From positions 62,001-126,000 of the forward strand of contig VRVR01000006.1 of assembly GCA_009859145.1 (NCBI GenBank): a stretch of 64,000 nt of DNA, given 5' to 3'. The notes under the pieces are model-generated. The model saw only the letters and a list, made by a program, of their open reading frames with translations, did no database searches and was not told where the DNA came from. Each line of letters begins with the position of its first letter. Position 1 is the first letter of the stretch. Of the stretch, positions 54,928 to 64,000 are shown piece after piece. The position numbers and the translations under genes were made by a program. The DNA is from Andalucia godoyi And28. Lineage: Eukaryota; Protista; Jakobida.

Positions 54928-55893
54928 TTACAAGCGAGACGGAATGGATGAAGGGACAGCAGTGCTCTCGGGAAGCACGCCAGTCTTGAGGAACTGTGCA
55001 GAAATGGGCCACAACGGTCTGCTGTGTTCCCGGAAAAAGTTCATATGCCCAACCGGCTTTCGAATCCCATAGGCCTTTGGGTTGAGATGCAGCATTTTAG
55101 GCTTGGTTCCGCGAAAGAAGGACAGAAACGACACGATTTGCCGAACTGAAGCGTAGTCGTCGTCGGAAAACGACATGGAGCCAACCTCGCCCTTGAAAGC
55201 CGCGATCCTCTTTTCAAGTGCAGGATCACAGCACATATACCGTGGGTGAAAACACCATTTTGCCCATTCTCGAGCAACGCCCTTTGGCAGGTCCTCCATC
55301 AGCCCTAGCTGCTTGACTGCAAGATATCCCTTCCATAACGACATAATGGGAAGCAACACTTTCCACATAGTCAGCGTTGTGAGATAAAACTTCCACGTTG
55401 GTGCATATCGAACGTATGCGTTTTGTGCAGAAACATTCAGCATGCGCTTGATGAGTCGAGATTCTTCTGGAAACGCAGCCATGTGGGCACCCACAGAGTG
55501 GCCCACATGAACAATGTCTGCTCCCACTCTCCATTCTGTGGAGATATACCGCAGAACAGCACCAAAGTCCAGGTTGCCCCAGTTCGTAATGTTGCTGAGC
55601 GATGCGTTTGTCATCAATCCTCTCACCCTCTTGTTGACTGAACGGGAATCTCCAATTCCTCGAGGATCCCATGTCACGACATCAAACCCCTCTGAAGCCA
55701 GATACTCTGCATACTTGTAGTAATAGCTTCGACGAACCCCGGTTGCACCAGAAATCGTGCAAACCACGCGGCTCCCGGATTGCGGTTCCAGCGATGTCGG
55801 GGTCGGAGACTCGAACAGTGTCGCGACGATGGCCAATCCGTCTGTTGTCTTGATTTCCACATCGCGAATGCTCACGCCCGTTGCCACAGACAT
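54928..55893 (-). CDS. Alpha/beta hydrolase (bacterial COG4757-like) with C-terminal PTS1 (SRL)
   Basis: GATGV.R.YY..YA.YLA..G..V.T.D.RGIG.S, WG..D, GHSVG nucleophile elbow, P.GV.R.W..WC, D and GH..FFR; ends -SRL. Confidence 0.88.
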   Translation of the reverse strand: MSVATGVSIRDVEIKTTDGLAIVATLFESPTPTSLEPQSGSRVVCTISGATGVRRSYYYKYAEYLASEGFDVVTWDPRGIGDSRSVNKRVRGLMTNASLSNITNWGNLDFGAVLRYISTEWRVGADIVHVGHSVGAHMAAFPEESRLIKRMLNVSAQNAYVRYAPTWKFYLTTLTMWKVLLPIMSLWKGYLAVKQLGLMEDLPKGVAREWAKWCFHPRYMCCDPALEKRIAAFKGEVGSMSFSDDDYASVRQIVSFLSFFRGTKPKMLHLNPKAYGIRKPVGHMNFFREHSRPLWPISAQFLKTGVLPESTAVPSSIPSRL

Positions 55894-56181
55894 TCTCCAA
55901 CACTCTCCTTTCCAAGGACCACAACGCCACTTCAGACTTCAGGTTTTTAGGCTGCAGGTTTCCGGCAACGGGAATGGCATCATCATCGTTACGATGGAGA
56001 CGGAAAAAATGCCGGAGGTTCGACTTCGTGCAAGACGTTCGGGGAATACGCAACCCGAGTTTTCTCTGCCTTTTTATTGCCCGAATCGATGAAAAAACAA
56101 CAGATACAATGTACGTTTTATTACCAACCTTTTATGAATTGTACTGTAAAATGGATGGCGCACTCATCATCATCATCATCA

Positions 56182-57527
56182 TCACCTTGATGACTTGGAC
56201 GCAGAGCCACCTCGAAGCGAAACGCCCGAGGCTGCGATCGAGTTTGAGCCGCGCGGTGCAAATGGGCCGGTTGCTGTGAAACCCGTCGGCCCGGCTGCAC
56301 TGCTTCCTGTTCTCTGCATCTGCGAAATTTTTCCTCTGTACACACGAATTTGGTTCCTTACAATGTCGACCTTTCGCTCCCACTGCACAACTTGCTTCTC
56401 CAGAAGAGCAAGTTCCGCCTTCTGGTCAATGTAGTTCATCACCTCGGGGGCCTTGGTTTCTTCGTTCTGCTGTGCAAGCGTGACATTCAGCTTCTCCGCG
56501 GTGTCCATCTCCGACTTGACAGCTACTGCCTCAGCACTGAACTTTTCAAACATGGATCTCTTTGACTGGATCTCGTCCGCCAGACCCTGGTTTTCCTGCG
56601 ATAACTTGCTCAACTTCTCCTTGAGGGCATTCAGGATCGCGACCGTATTTGCCGTCGTCAGCTTGAGCGCCAACAATTCCTTGTTCTTCTCTTCAATCCG
56701 ATCGATGTACTGCTGGTTTTCAATGCGAAGCTGGTCAAAGTCAATGAGCAACAGCACTTCACCCATCTCTTCCCGCTGTCGCAGCTGCGTTTCCAGCTTG
56801 GAAATCTGGCTCTTGAGTGCTGAATTCTTCAACCGATACTTATCAATGAGCGTGTCTCGCTCTTTGATGATATCTTCCATGTACCTCTGCAGCTTCTCAG
56901 CCATAATCTTCCCAGTCCGCGTGTTCTCCGCGCCCATCACAATATCCCGGCGAAACTCATAAGCATCTTTTTTGATCTCTGAAATCTTTGTGTCGATTTC
57001 TTCCATTTCTGCTTTCAAATCCTCAAGATGCCGCTCTGCAGACACTTTGGACTTCTCAATCGCGGATCGCATTTCATCGATCTCTCGAACCATGATATCG
57101 ACCTTGTGTTCTGCAGACAACAGCAGAGGCGCACTCCGAACATCCTTCCTCGTCTTTTTCTTCTTGAACTTGTCGCCCTTCTTGTCTACAGAATCTCTCT
57201 CCAGTGAGAAACATTGAAAAACTCAAACTCAAACTCAAACTCAAACTCAAAACAAGAAAGAAAGAATAAAAAACACATACTGTCCTTGTCGAGATCGTCG
57301 TCAAGTTCCAAAGGTTGGTTGGGCATCGCGCGCTGGCAAAATCTTCGAAAGACTTCGTTTTCTTCTTCGACATTTGCCGTCTGAGATTCAAGCGACGCAA
57401 CGGCTGCTTGAAGAGACTCAAAGTCCATTTCTTCCGGAACGACGTTGGCAAAAACCGTCGATGATTCCGAGTGTGTGGGAGAAGGCAGCGCAGAAGACCG
57501 CCTCGATCGATCCTCATGATACGACAT
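56182..57527 (-). CDS. CCDC113: Cilia-associated coiled-coil protein CCDC113/CFAP263, 2 exons
   Basis: SAE.K, RL KN..LK.Q..K...QLRQ.EE.GE.L..IDF.QL.IEN.Q motif. Intron 57280-57186 (GTATGT..TAG). Confidence 0.88.
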
Positions 57528-57838
57528 ATTCTCTCTGCTTTTTTAGTCTCTTGTTTCTTCTCTTGGCTTCGCTACACACCCACTTGTTGTTGTTCTCTGG
57601 TTCCCAACAGCTAATTTACAAAAAGACGCTATGTTTTCTCTCCTTTGTTCTTGTGGAATTATTTCTAAAAAATGGAAGACGGACATCATGAATGAAGAAG
57701 AAAACAAAAGGACTCCACATATCATCATCTCATGCGGAAAATAATTGTGTGAAAATCACGAAAAGGACACCTAACCGCCGCGACTACGGCAGCTGAGACA
57801 CTTTAACGCTTTCTATCAGAATCACGCCCGCTGATTAA

Positions 57839-58212
57839 CGCCTACATTGTACACTAACCACGGATAATCATCGCTGATCACCCATAATCCATGTTGCAAC
57901 CCAAACAACATGCAGAGCATGATTGGGAAGGGGGTAGGCCCCCAACACGCCCCCCGGCATGAGCGACGTCCCCAAGATAGATGTTGCGTTGCATGGACAA
58001 TAAAAATAAAAATAAGAAATGAGTGTCGCTGTGCGAGAATGCAGCGCGGCGGAGTGTTTATAGGGATTTCATGATCAAAATGGGGCGAAACGAATCGGGC
58101 ATCGTGTGACGGAGTTGCTTAAGCTAACAGACGCATGCGCATGGCGCGTGGCAGTGTTTTTTGTTTGTGTGCGTTTTAGATTGCTTCATCATATCGCAAT
58201 AAGTGGCAACGG
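57839..58212 (-). mobile_element. Non-autonomous IS607/Fanzor2-derived element (copy C)
   Basis: Reverse complement aligns to 45281-45749 except for an internal deletion of about 95 bp; begins CCGTTG and ends GTGTACAATGTAGGCG. Confidence 0.88.
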
Positions 58213-58423
58213 CTCTGATCCACTGCGTTTGTGAAGGTTATTCCATGTGTGCAGTCCAACCGGGTGTTGTCTTAATCATTATTTTTGTCCCAATCCTCCT
58301 AGAGCCATTTATTCTGGTGTGATTCATATTGGCTGAGGATCCACCTAGCGGTAGTGGTAATGGTACTGTTTCTTTTTTAAAAAAAATTACATCTACACAA
58401 TACATGAACAGATGGAGCGGCTC

Positions 58424-59890
58424 TCAAGATGGCACCTGTGCTGCATTGTCCTTGATCTTCTTCATTCTCTGCAACGCGAGGCGAACTGCGGTTTCGACAT
58501 CATGCACAAGAAGCTCGACACCTGGCACGGACGTCATGAGTTTTGTGGTATCCAGGATGCAGCTCGCTCTCTTTTGGTCGGGCGACGGATCAACAGAAAC
58601 CCACGATGCAGCCGGATCGACGATTTCCTTGTACATGTTCAGGATGTCGTCGTAGGAGATTGCACCAGGATTAACAAAGTTGAACGTGCCCGTGATGTTG
58701 TGCTTCATCATGTGAATCGCGGCAGGCACCAGCTCGTCGAGAACAGTGACCGAGGTAGTCGTCTTCATGATTTTCGCAAACCTGGTCAGCTTGGTCACGA
58801 GCGACTTGTCGTGCAAGTCACCGGTAATCGGATACAGAGTACGAAGAGCCAATACGTGGTCTCCGAGACCAGAGAACTTCAGAAGCTGCTCCTCAAAGAT
58901 CCTCAACTGGTAGTACGTGTGTGCCGGGCAGTTGGGCGTATCGGTCTCCGTGTAGACCTTATCTTCAACCCTCGAATCATACAGCGCGCCGGTTGTGATG
59001 AGCGTGCAGTGAATTCCTCGTTTTCTGCAGTCTTCTGCCAGCGCTAGCTGACATACCAAGTTGGAATCCATCGTCTCGGGAACGTGGGTCGAGCACCAGT
59101 CAATGTTCGGTTTGCCTGCAATTCCAGCACAGCAAACCACGTATTTGGGCTTACACGAATCGAGCATCTTGTCAATGAAATCTCTCTTTTGAAGACGCTC
59201 GTTCAGCACAAGGACGGACATCCCAGACGTTTTCAAGTGCTCCAAGAAGACTGATCCAATGTATCCACGGGTGCCCATGACTATCACATCCACCTTGCGA
59301 GGGACGTTCAGAACCCATTCCGAGAGCAGCGGTTCGAGATCCGCAAGCTTCCGGTTGTTCCTGTCCTTCTCTGAGATAATGGCATCCTCAATCGACGACA
59401 ATCCAGCAGCAGCCAAGTCCCACAAATGCAGTGCAAGCGGGTCAAACACAGACATTTCAATGTCCTTTTCCAGGGCATACTCTCCACTTTGGATGTACAC
59501 AATCTGCGAGTCATTTTCCAAAGAGAGAAATCCATGTGCAACGCCTGGCGGAACCACAAGCAGATCTCCATTGGCGCTACGGATCACTTTACTCCACACC
59601 TTCTTGTACGACGGAGAGTCCGGGCGGATATCAATGCACACATCCTGCACGCTTCCGGAGGCACACACAATCACTTTCCAGTACGGCGAGCAGTGGAATC
59701 CTCGCAGAACTCCGCGGTTCGAAGACGAAAACGTAAGCTGCTCACATGCAAACGTGTCCATCGTGCCCGCAAGCATCCTCGAGTGGCGGAAGAACTCGGA
59801 CACATTCCCACGAACGTCGTTGTGAATGGCGCGATGCGACACTCCATGACCTTCAATACACGACGGTTCAAACCCATGAGGAGCGGACAT
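58424..59890 (-). CDS. Fusion of RmlC-type NDP-4-keto-6-deoxyglucose 3,5-epimerase and NRS/ER (UER1)-type SDR reductase
   Basis: N-terminus: D.RG, GVLRGFH, K...C..G...DV..DIRP.SP, VP.G.AHGF. C-terminus: GTRGYIG, AG..GKPNIDWC, TKL, S.TVLDEL.P and G.FNF.NPG.IS. Confidence 0.9.
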   Translation of the reverse strand: MSAPHGFEPSCIEGHGVSHRAIHNDVRGNVSEFFRHSRMLAGTMDTFACEQLTFSSSNRGVLRGFHCSPYWKVIVCASGSVQDVCIDIRPDSPSYKKVWSKVIRSANGDLLVVPPGVAHGFLSLENDSQIVYIQSGEYALEKDIEMSVFDPLALHLWDLAAAGLSSIEDAIISEKDRNNRKLADLEPLLSEWVLNVPRKVDVIVMGTRGYIGSVFLEHLKTSGMSVLVLNERLQKRDFIDKMLDSCKPKYVVCCAGIAGKPNIDWCSTHVPETMDSNLVCQLALAEDCRKRGIHCTLITTGALYDSRVEDKVYTETDTPNCPAHTYYQLRIFEEQLLKFSGLGDHVLALRTLYPITGDLHDKSLVTKLTRFAKIMKTTTSVTVLDELVPAAIHMMKHNITGTFNFVNPGAISYDDILNMYKEIVDPAASWVSVDPSPDQKRASCILDTTKLMTSVPGVELLVHDVETAVRLALQRMKKIKDNAAQVPS

Positions 59891-60499
59891 TTGTTATTTC
59901 TTCCAAGATTCGTACTTTCCTTTTCACGTTTCTTTCTTTGATTGACTCGGTCGGCTTCCCTGTGCTGCTTATTTATCTGTTTTCTGATTCTATTTTATTC
60001 TTTGTGGTCGAGAAGGATAATGCAGGGAGTGTCTGTGGTCTTTTTTTTTGGCACCTTGCAAGCTGCACGATAGCACGAGCACGTAAATCGACTCCACTAC
60101 AGCTGCCAGCTCGAAGGGGACTGCCAAAAGCTTCTGTTGGGACACGGGACGCTTGTCGGGTTGAGACGTCTCTTCAGTCCCAGTGACGAGATGGGTGATG
60201 TTCGACAAAAAGAAAAAGAAAAGAAAAACAACAGAAAACAGCATACACATCGGAACGGATGCATGCATGTATATATTTGCTATTGGACGCTAATGGAGAT
60301 GTCCAGGCGTACCTTACACAAACGAGCATGTATAGAAACGGGGGAAAAAACCAGAAATATATGCCACTTTCTTCCGTATGAGAAACACAAACGAAAAACG
60401 CGAAGAGGGGGAATTTCGAAAAGAAGAAGAAGAAGAGCATAACCGATCAAAAAAATAAATTCAAATATACATATGTATGATAAATTCAAAACTCAAGAC

Positions 60500-61438
60500 T
60501 CAAATCATGGACTGCGCCTGGATGCCTGCGCCTGGAGGCAGCTCATTTGCATATTCTGCAGAACGTGAAATGTCGATGATTCGAGAGCAACGTGCGCCAG
60601 CGTCATGGATGGCCTTTGTTTTTCTCTTTCCTGCGAAATCAGCGACCACGAAAAACAAAAAGGAAAGGAGGGCAATGACGCCGATGATAAAGAGAAGCAC
60701 GAGGATGACAACGAGGATGGCTGCGCAGCCGTCACCTGAGCCTCCGCCGCCGTCACAGCATTTGCAGTCTCCGCAATCGCATGAGGATCCTCTGCAGCAA
60801 GACACATCCGAGGTGTCACAGACTGTCACCGCAGCACCGCCACTGCTTGAAGATCCCCGGCATCCATAAACTGCTAGAGCACACAGAGTCACGAATCCAA
60901 CAATGACTGTGATGATGAAAAACGAAGAAAGGTACCGCAACATCCAGACAGGCGACGATTCTGGGAACACATTCCCGAGAAACGGATGTCCGTCGTCAGT
61001 TCGCGCCATGATGAGCATCAAGATGATAATCGGGATGTGGAATCCGCCCAACAAAAGCAGCACGTCGCCGAGCATGCGTGTCCGGAGCGCACAGGGAGAC
61101 AGTCCTCCGTTTTCCGGGACAGGCTTCTCGGTCTTGTACTCAAACCCGCAAACCTCACAATGTGAAAACCGATTTCGGGACACAAATGGCGCATACGTTT
61201 GAGAGGTGCGCCACGTGTCCAAACACTGGCGATGCGCCCACCTGCACTTGCAAGGCCGGATGAGATCGCATTCCGGATCGCTATCCAGACAGAACACACA
61301 CGTCCTGTCGGTCTCCGAGGCCGAAAAATTGTGCGAATTCCCATCGCTGGCCATCACCATCACATGCGATGATGCGGGCTCCGGCTCAACAGAATCTTCA
61401 AACCGGACATGGCCGTTATGATTCGTCATGACCTCCAA
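60500..61438 (-). CDS. RING-CH (MARCH-type) membrane E3 ubiquitin ligase
   Basis: C.FC...LI.PC.C...H..CL..W...C..C..Y followed by 3 TM segments and a Cys-rich loop. Confidence 0.88.
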   Translation of the reverse strand: MEVMTNHNGHVRFEDSVEPEPASSHVMVMASDGNSHNFSASETDRTCVFCLDSDPECDLIRPCKCRWAHRQCLDTWRTSQTYAPFVSRNRFSHCEVCGFEYKTEKPVPENGGLSPCALRTRMLGDVLLLLGGFHIPIIILMLIMARTDDGHPFLGNVFPESSPVWMLRYLSSFFIITVIVGFVTLCALAVYGCRGSSSSGGAAVTVCDTSDVSCCRGSSCDCGDCKCCDGGGGSGDGCAAILVVILVLLFIIGVIALLSFLFFVVADFAGKRKTKAIHDAGARCSRIIDISRSAEYANELPPGAGIQAQSMI

Positions 61439-61884
61439 GATTTAAAATAATTTCTAGGACTTGAATTAAAACTAAAAATGAACATGTTTAAAACTAAAAA
61501 TCATGAAAACCAAACACAAATGGAAACATGCTACAAACACAGAAAGTGATTCGTGGGAAACCTCTGAACCACCTTTCCCCTTCAAGGCATCAAGCATCAA
61601 GCATCAAGCATCAAAACAGGAGCAGCTAAGATGCGACTTCGGAGGATATCATGTGCTCGATGATGTCATCATCCATTTGTCAAAAGGAAAAGGATACCCA
61701 AACTTGAGCAATCGCAGTTCGCTCCAACTCTCCGTCTGCTTCGTTTAGTTTTTCTGCTTTCCTTTTGGTTTTTTTTTTTTTTGTTTTTGTTTTGCGATTT
61801 CTTGGATTCGTTCTTAAGCCATCCTTGTTTTGTTTGTTTGATTTTATTTTGTTTTTGCAAGTCAAATAGTCAAAGAAGAAAAAG

Positions 61885-63585
61885 ATGCTGCGCCGAACTG
61901 TTGCTTCGAATCTCCGGTTTTTTGCAACTGGAAAGGACATCAAGTATGGAGTGGAGGCACGTGATCTGATGCTTCGTGGCATCAACAAGCTTGCTGATGC
62001 TGTGCAGATCACTATGGGACCGAAAGGACGCAATGTGATTATTGAGCAAGCATACGGGTCTCCAAAGATCACCAAGGATGGAGTGACTGTCGCGAAGAAC
62101 ATTGAGTTCCGCGACCGACACGAGAATCTTGGTGCGTCGCTTGTGCGAGGAGTTGCGTCCAAGACGAACGATGCTGCAGGTGATGGAACTACCACTGCGA
62201 CGGTCTTGACTCGTGCAATCTTTTCAGAGGGCTGCAAGGCCGTGGCTGCAGGAATGAACCCCATGGACATCAAACGTGGAATTGACAAGGCAGTTGCGTC
62301 TGTTGTTGCACACCTGAAGTCACAGTCCAAGTCAATCTCGTCAAAGGCGGAAATTGCACAGGTTGCAACCATCTCGGCAAACGGCGACACTGCAATCGGC
62401 GACTTGATCGCTACCGCAATGGAGCGCGTTGGAAAGGAAGGAGTCATCACAGTGTCGGACGGAAAGACCCTTGTTGATGAGCTCGAGGTTGTGGAGGGTA
62501 TGAAGTTTGACCGTGGATTCATCTCCCCGTACTTCATCAACAATCCCAAGACCCAAAAGGTCGAGTTTGAGAACCCGCTGATCTTTGTCACCGACAAGAA
62601 GCTGTCGTCTCTCCAATCCATTCTTGGAGTGCTTGAGGAGGTTGTGCGCATGCAGCGCTCGCTCGTCATCATTGCAGAAGACGTCGACGCAGAGGCTCTG
62701 ACCACTCTGGTTGTCAACAAGCTCCGCGGAGGACTCAAGGTTGCTGCAGTCAAGGCCCCCGGTTTTGGCGACAATCGAAAGGCAAACTTGCAGGATATTG
62801 CAGTTCTGACTGGAGCCCAGGTCTTGTCGGAGGAAGTCGGCATGAAGGTTGAAGAAGCCAATGCAGGCATGCTCGGAACGTGCAAGAAGATCACAATCTC
62901 CAAGGACGACACCATCATTCTGAACGGTGGCGGAGATGCACAGGCACAGCGCGAGCGTGTTGAGCAGATCAAGGACGCAATCAATCTGACCACCTCAGAG
63001 TATGAAAAGGAGAAGCTGCAGGAACGCTTGGCCAAGCTGAATGGAGGTGTTGCCGTCATCAAGGTTGGCGGCGCCTCCGAGGTAGAGGTTGGCGAGAAGA
63101 AGGACCGTATTATCGATGCTCTCAACGCAACTCGAGCTGCCGTCGAGGAAGGCATCGTTGCTGGTGGAGGATCTGCACTTTTGTATGCGTCTCGCGAGCT
63201 CGACAAGCTCCAGGGCGAGAACTTCGACCAGGGTGTTGGCCTCAAGGTGATCCGCAATGCCATCCGTGTTCCTGCACGCACCATCTGCGACAATGCAGGC
63301 CATGAAGGCGCCGTTGTTGTCCAGAACATTCTCTCTCACCAGGGCTCGTTCTCCTATGGATTCAACGCCGCAACTGGCGAGTATGTCGATATGATCAAGA
63401 ACGGTATCATCGACCCTGTCAAGGTTGTCCGCACAGCTCTCTCTGACGCAGCATCCGTTTCGTCCCTGCTCACGACCACGGAGTGCATGATCGTGGACCT
63501 TCCGGAGGAGAAGACCGCCGCACCTGCTGCAGGCGGCATGGGTGGCATGGGAGGTATGGGAGGAATGGGAGGAGACATGTTCTAA
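61885..63585 (+). CDS. HSPD1: Mitochondrial chaperonin Hsp60
   Basis: Short presequence, [33 protein letters not shown] and a C-terminal GGM repeat. Confidence 0.99.
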   Translation: MLRRTVASNLRFFATGKDIKYGVEARDLMLRGINKLADAVQITMGPKGRNVIIEQAYGSPKITKDGVTVAKNIEFRDRHENLGASLVRGVASKTNDAAGDGTTTATVLTRAIFSEGCKAVAAGMNPMDIKRGIDKAVASVVAHLKSQSKSISSKAEIAQVATISANGDTAIGDLIATAMERVGKEGVITVSDGKTLVDELEVVEGMKFDRGFISPYFINNPKTQKVEFENPLIFVTDKKLSSLQSILGVLEEVVRMQRSLVIIAEDVDAEALTTLVVNKLRGGLKVAAVKAPGFGDNRKANLQDIAVLTGAQVLSEEVGMKVEEANAGMLGTCKKITISKDDTIILNGGGDAQAQRERVEQIKDAINLTTSEYEKEKLQERLAKLNGGVAVIKVGGASEVEVGEKKDRIIDALNATRAAVEEGIVAGGGSALLYASRELDKLQGENFDQGVGLKVIRNAIRVPARTICDNAGHEGAVVVQNILSHQGSFSYGFNAATGEYVDMIKNGIIDPVKVVRTALSDAASVSSLLTTTECMIVDLPEEKTAAPAAGGMGGMGGMGGMGGDMF

Positions 63586-63729
63586 AAATCCGTCACCGTG
63601 TTGTTGTTGTTTTGGAATCCTGCGTGTTCTCAGCTGGAGATCCCGAAAACTCCATCCTTGTGCAACGAGAAATGAAGATACAGACGAAAATAAGAAAATA
63701 AAATTTGAATGACATAGCAAGGCACGCGC

Positions 63730-63763
<34 letters not shown>

Positions 63764-63776
63764 GATGGGGGTTGGT

Positions 63777-64000
63777 TTACATGAAGGACCCGTCATCGTC
63801 GTCGTCTTCGGGTTTTCTGAACTTCGCATGGCTCAGATCAGACAGCAAGTCGTCGGAAACAACGGCTTTTTCCTTGACGCTGTTCGCAAGCTCAGTCGCT
63901 TGCTTTTGTTCCGAAACAGCACTTAACCCGCTTGCAATCCCCTTGATGTCCGCAGCACTCAGTCCCGCAGTAATCTTCTTCACAAGTCTCTCCACAAAAC
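63777..64000 (-). CDS. EIF3J: 3-prime end of translation initiation factor eIF3j (partial, runs off window)
   Basis: VE.LV..I...LS..DIK.I...L.....K helical segment and the characteristic acidic DDDD..FM C-terminus. Confidence 0.7.
   Translation of the reverse strand, partial: FVERLVKKITAGLSAADIKGIASGLSAVSEQKQATELANSVKEKAVVSDDLLSDLSHAKFRKPEDDDDDGSFM

Noticed and set aside
55955-56000. TTTCCGGCAACGGGAA hairpin matching 12 nt of the copy B scaffold
   Set aside because: A 12-nt match is expected by chance at this search size, and there is no ATGTAGGCG terminus or other family motif nearby.
61680-63329. 549-aa minus-strand ORF
   Set aside because: Antisense shadow of HSP60, a well-known artefact of the chaperonin codon pattern; no independent motifs.

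Overview
Gene-dense, intron-poor nuclear DNA of a flagellated microbial eukaryote. It has short GT-AG introns, microsatellite-rich intergenic spacers and about 37 genes. Ciliary/basal-body genes (CEP20, BBS10-like, RABL2, CCDC113) and a mitochondrion-targeted GreA/GreB-like factor suggest a jakobid or other discoban (inference). Housekeeping genes include TBP, LAS1, OPLAH, urocanase, an FG-nucleoporin, HMG-CoA reductase, SLY1, MnmA, TSR3, HSP60 and a partial eIF3j. Several elements are invisible to the ORF track: a UGA-recoded SelM-like selenoprotein with a clear SECIS, an intron-containing tRNA-Ser(CGA) and a spliced EF-hand gene. The most striking signal is a dispersed family of non-autonomous IS607/Fanzor2 (eukaryotic TnpB) elements: three well-bounded copies plus one degenerate copy. 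They share CCG(T/C)TG left ends and a structured, covarying omegaRNA-like right end ending in ATGTAGGCG, followed by variable flanks that could act as guides. An unrelated Fanzor1-like remnant lies upstream of OPLAH. Also notable are an RmlC fusion to an NRS/ER-type reductase lacking its epimerase Cys, a GH1 pseudoenzyme and an ATP-grasp-like orphan.
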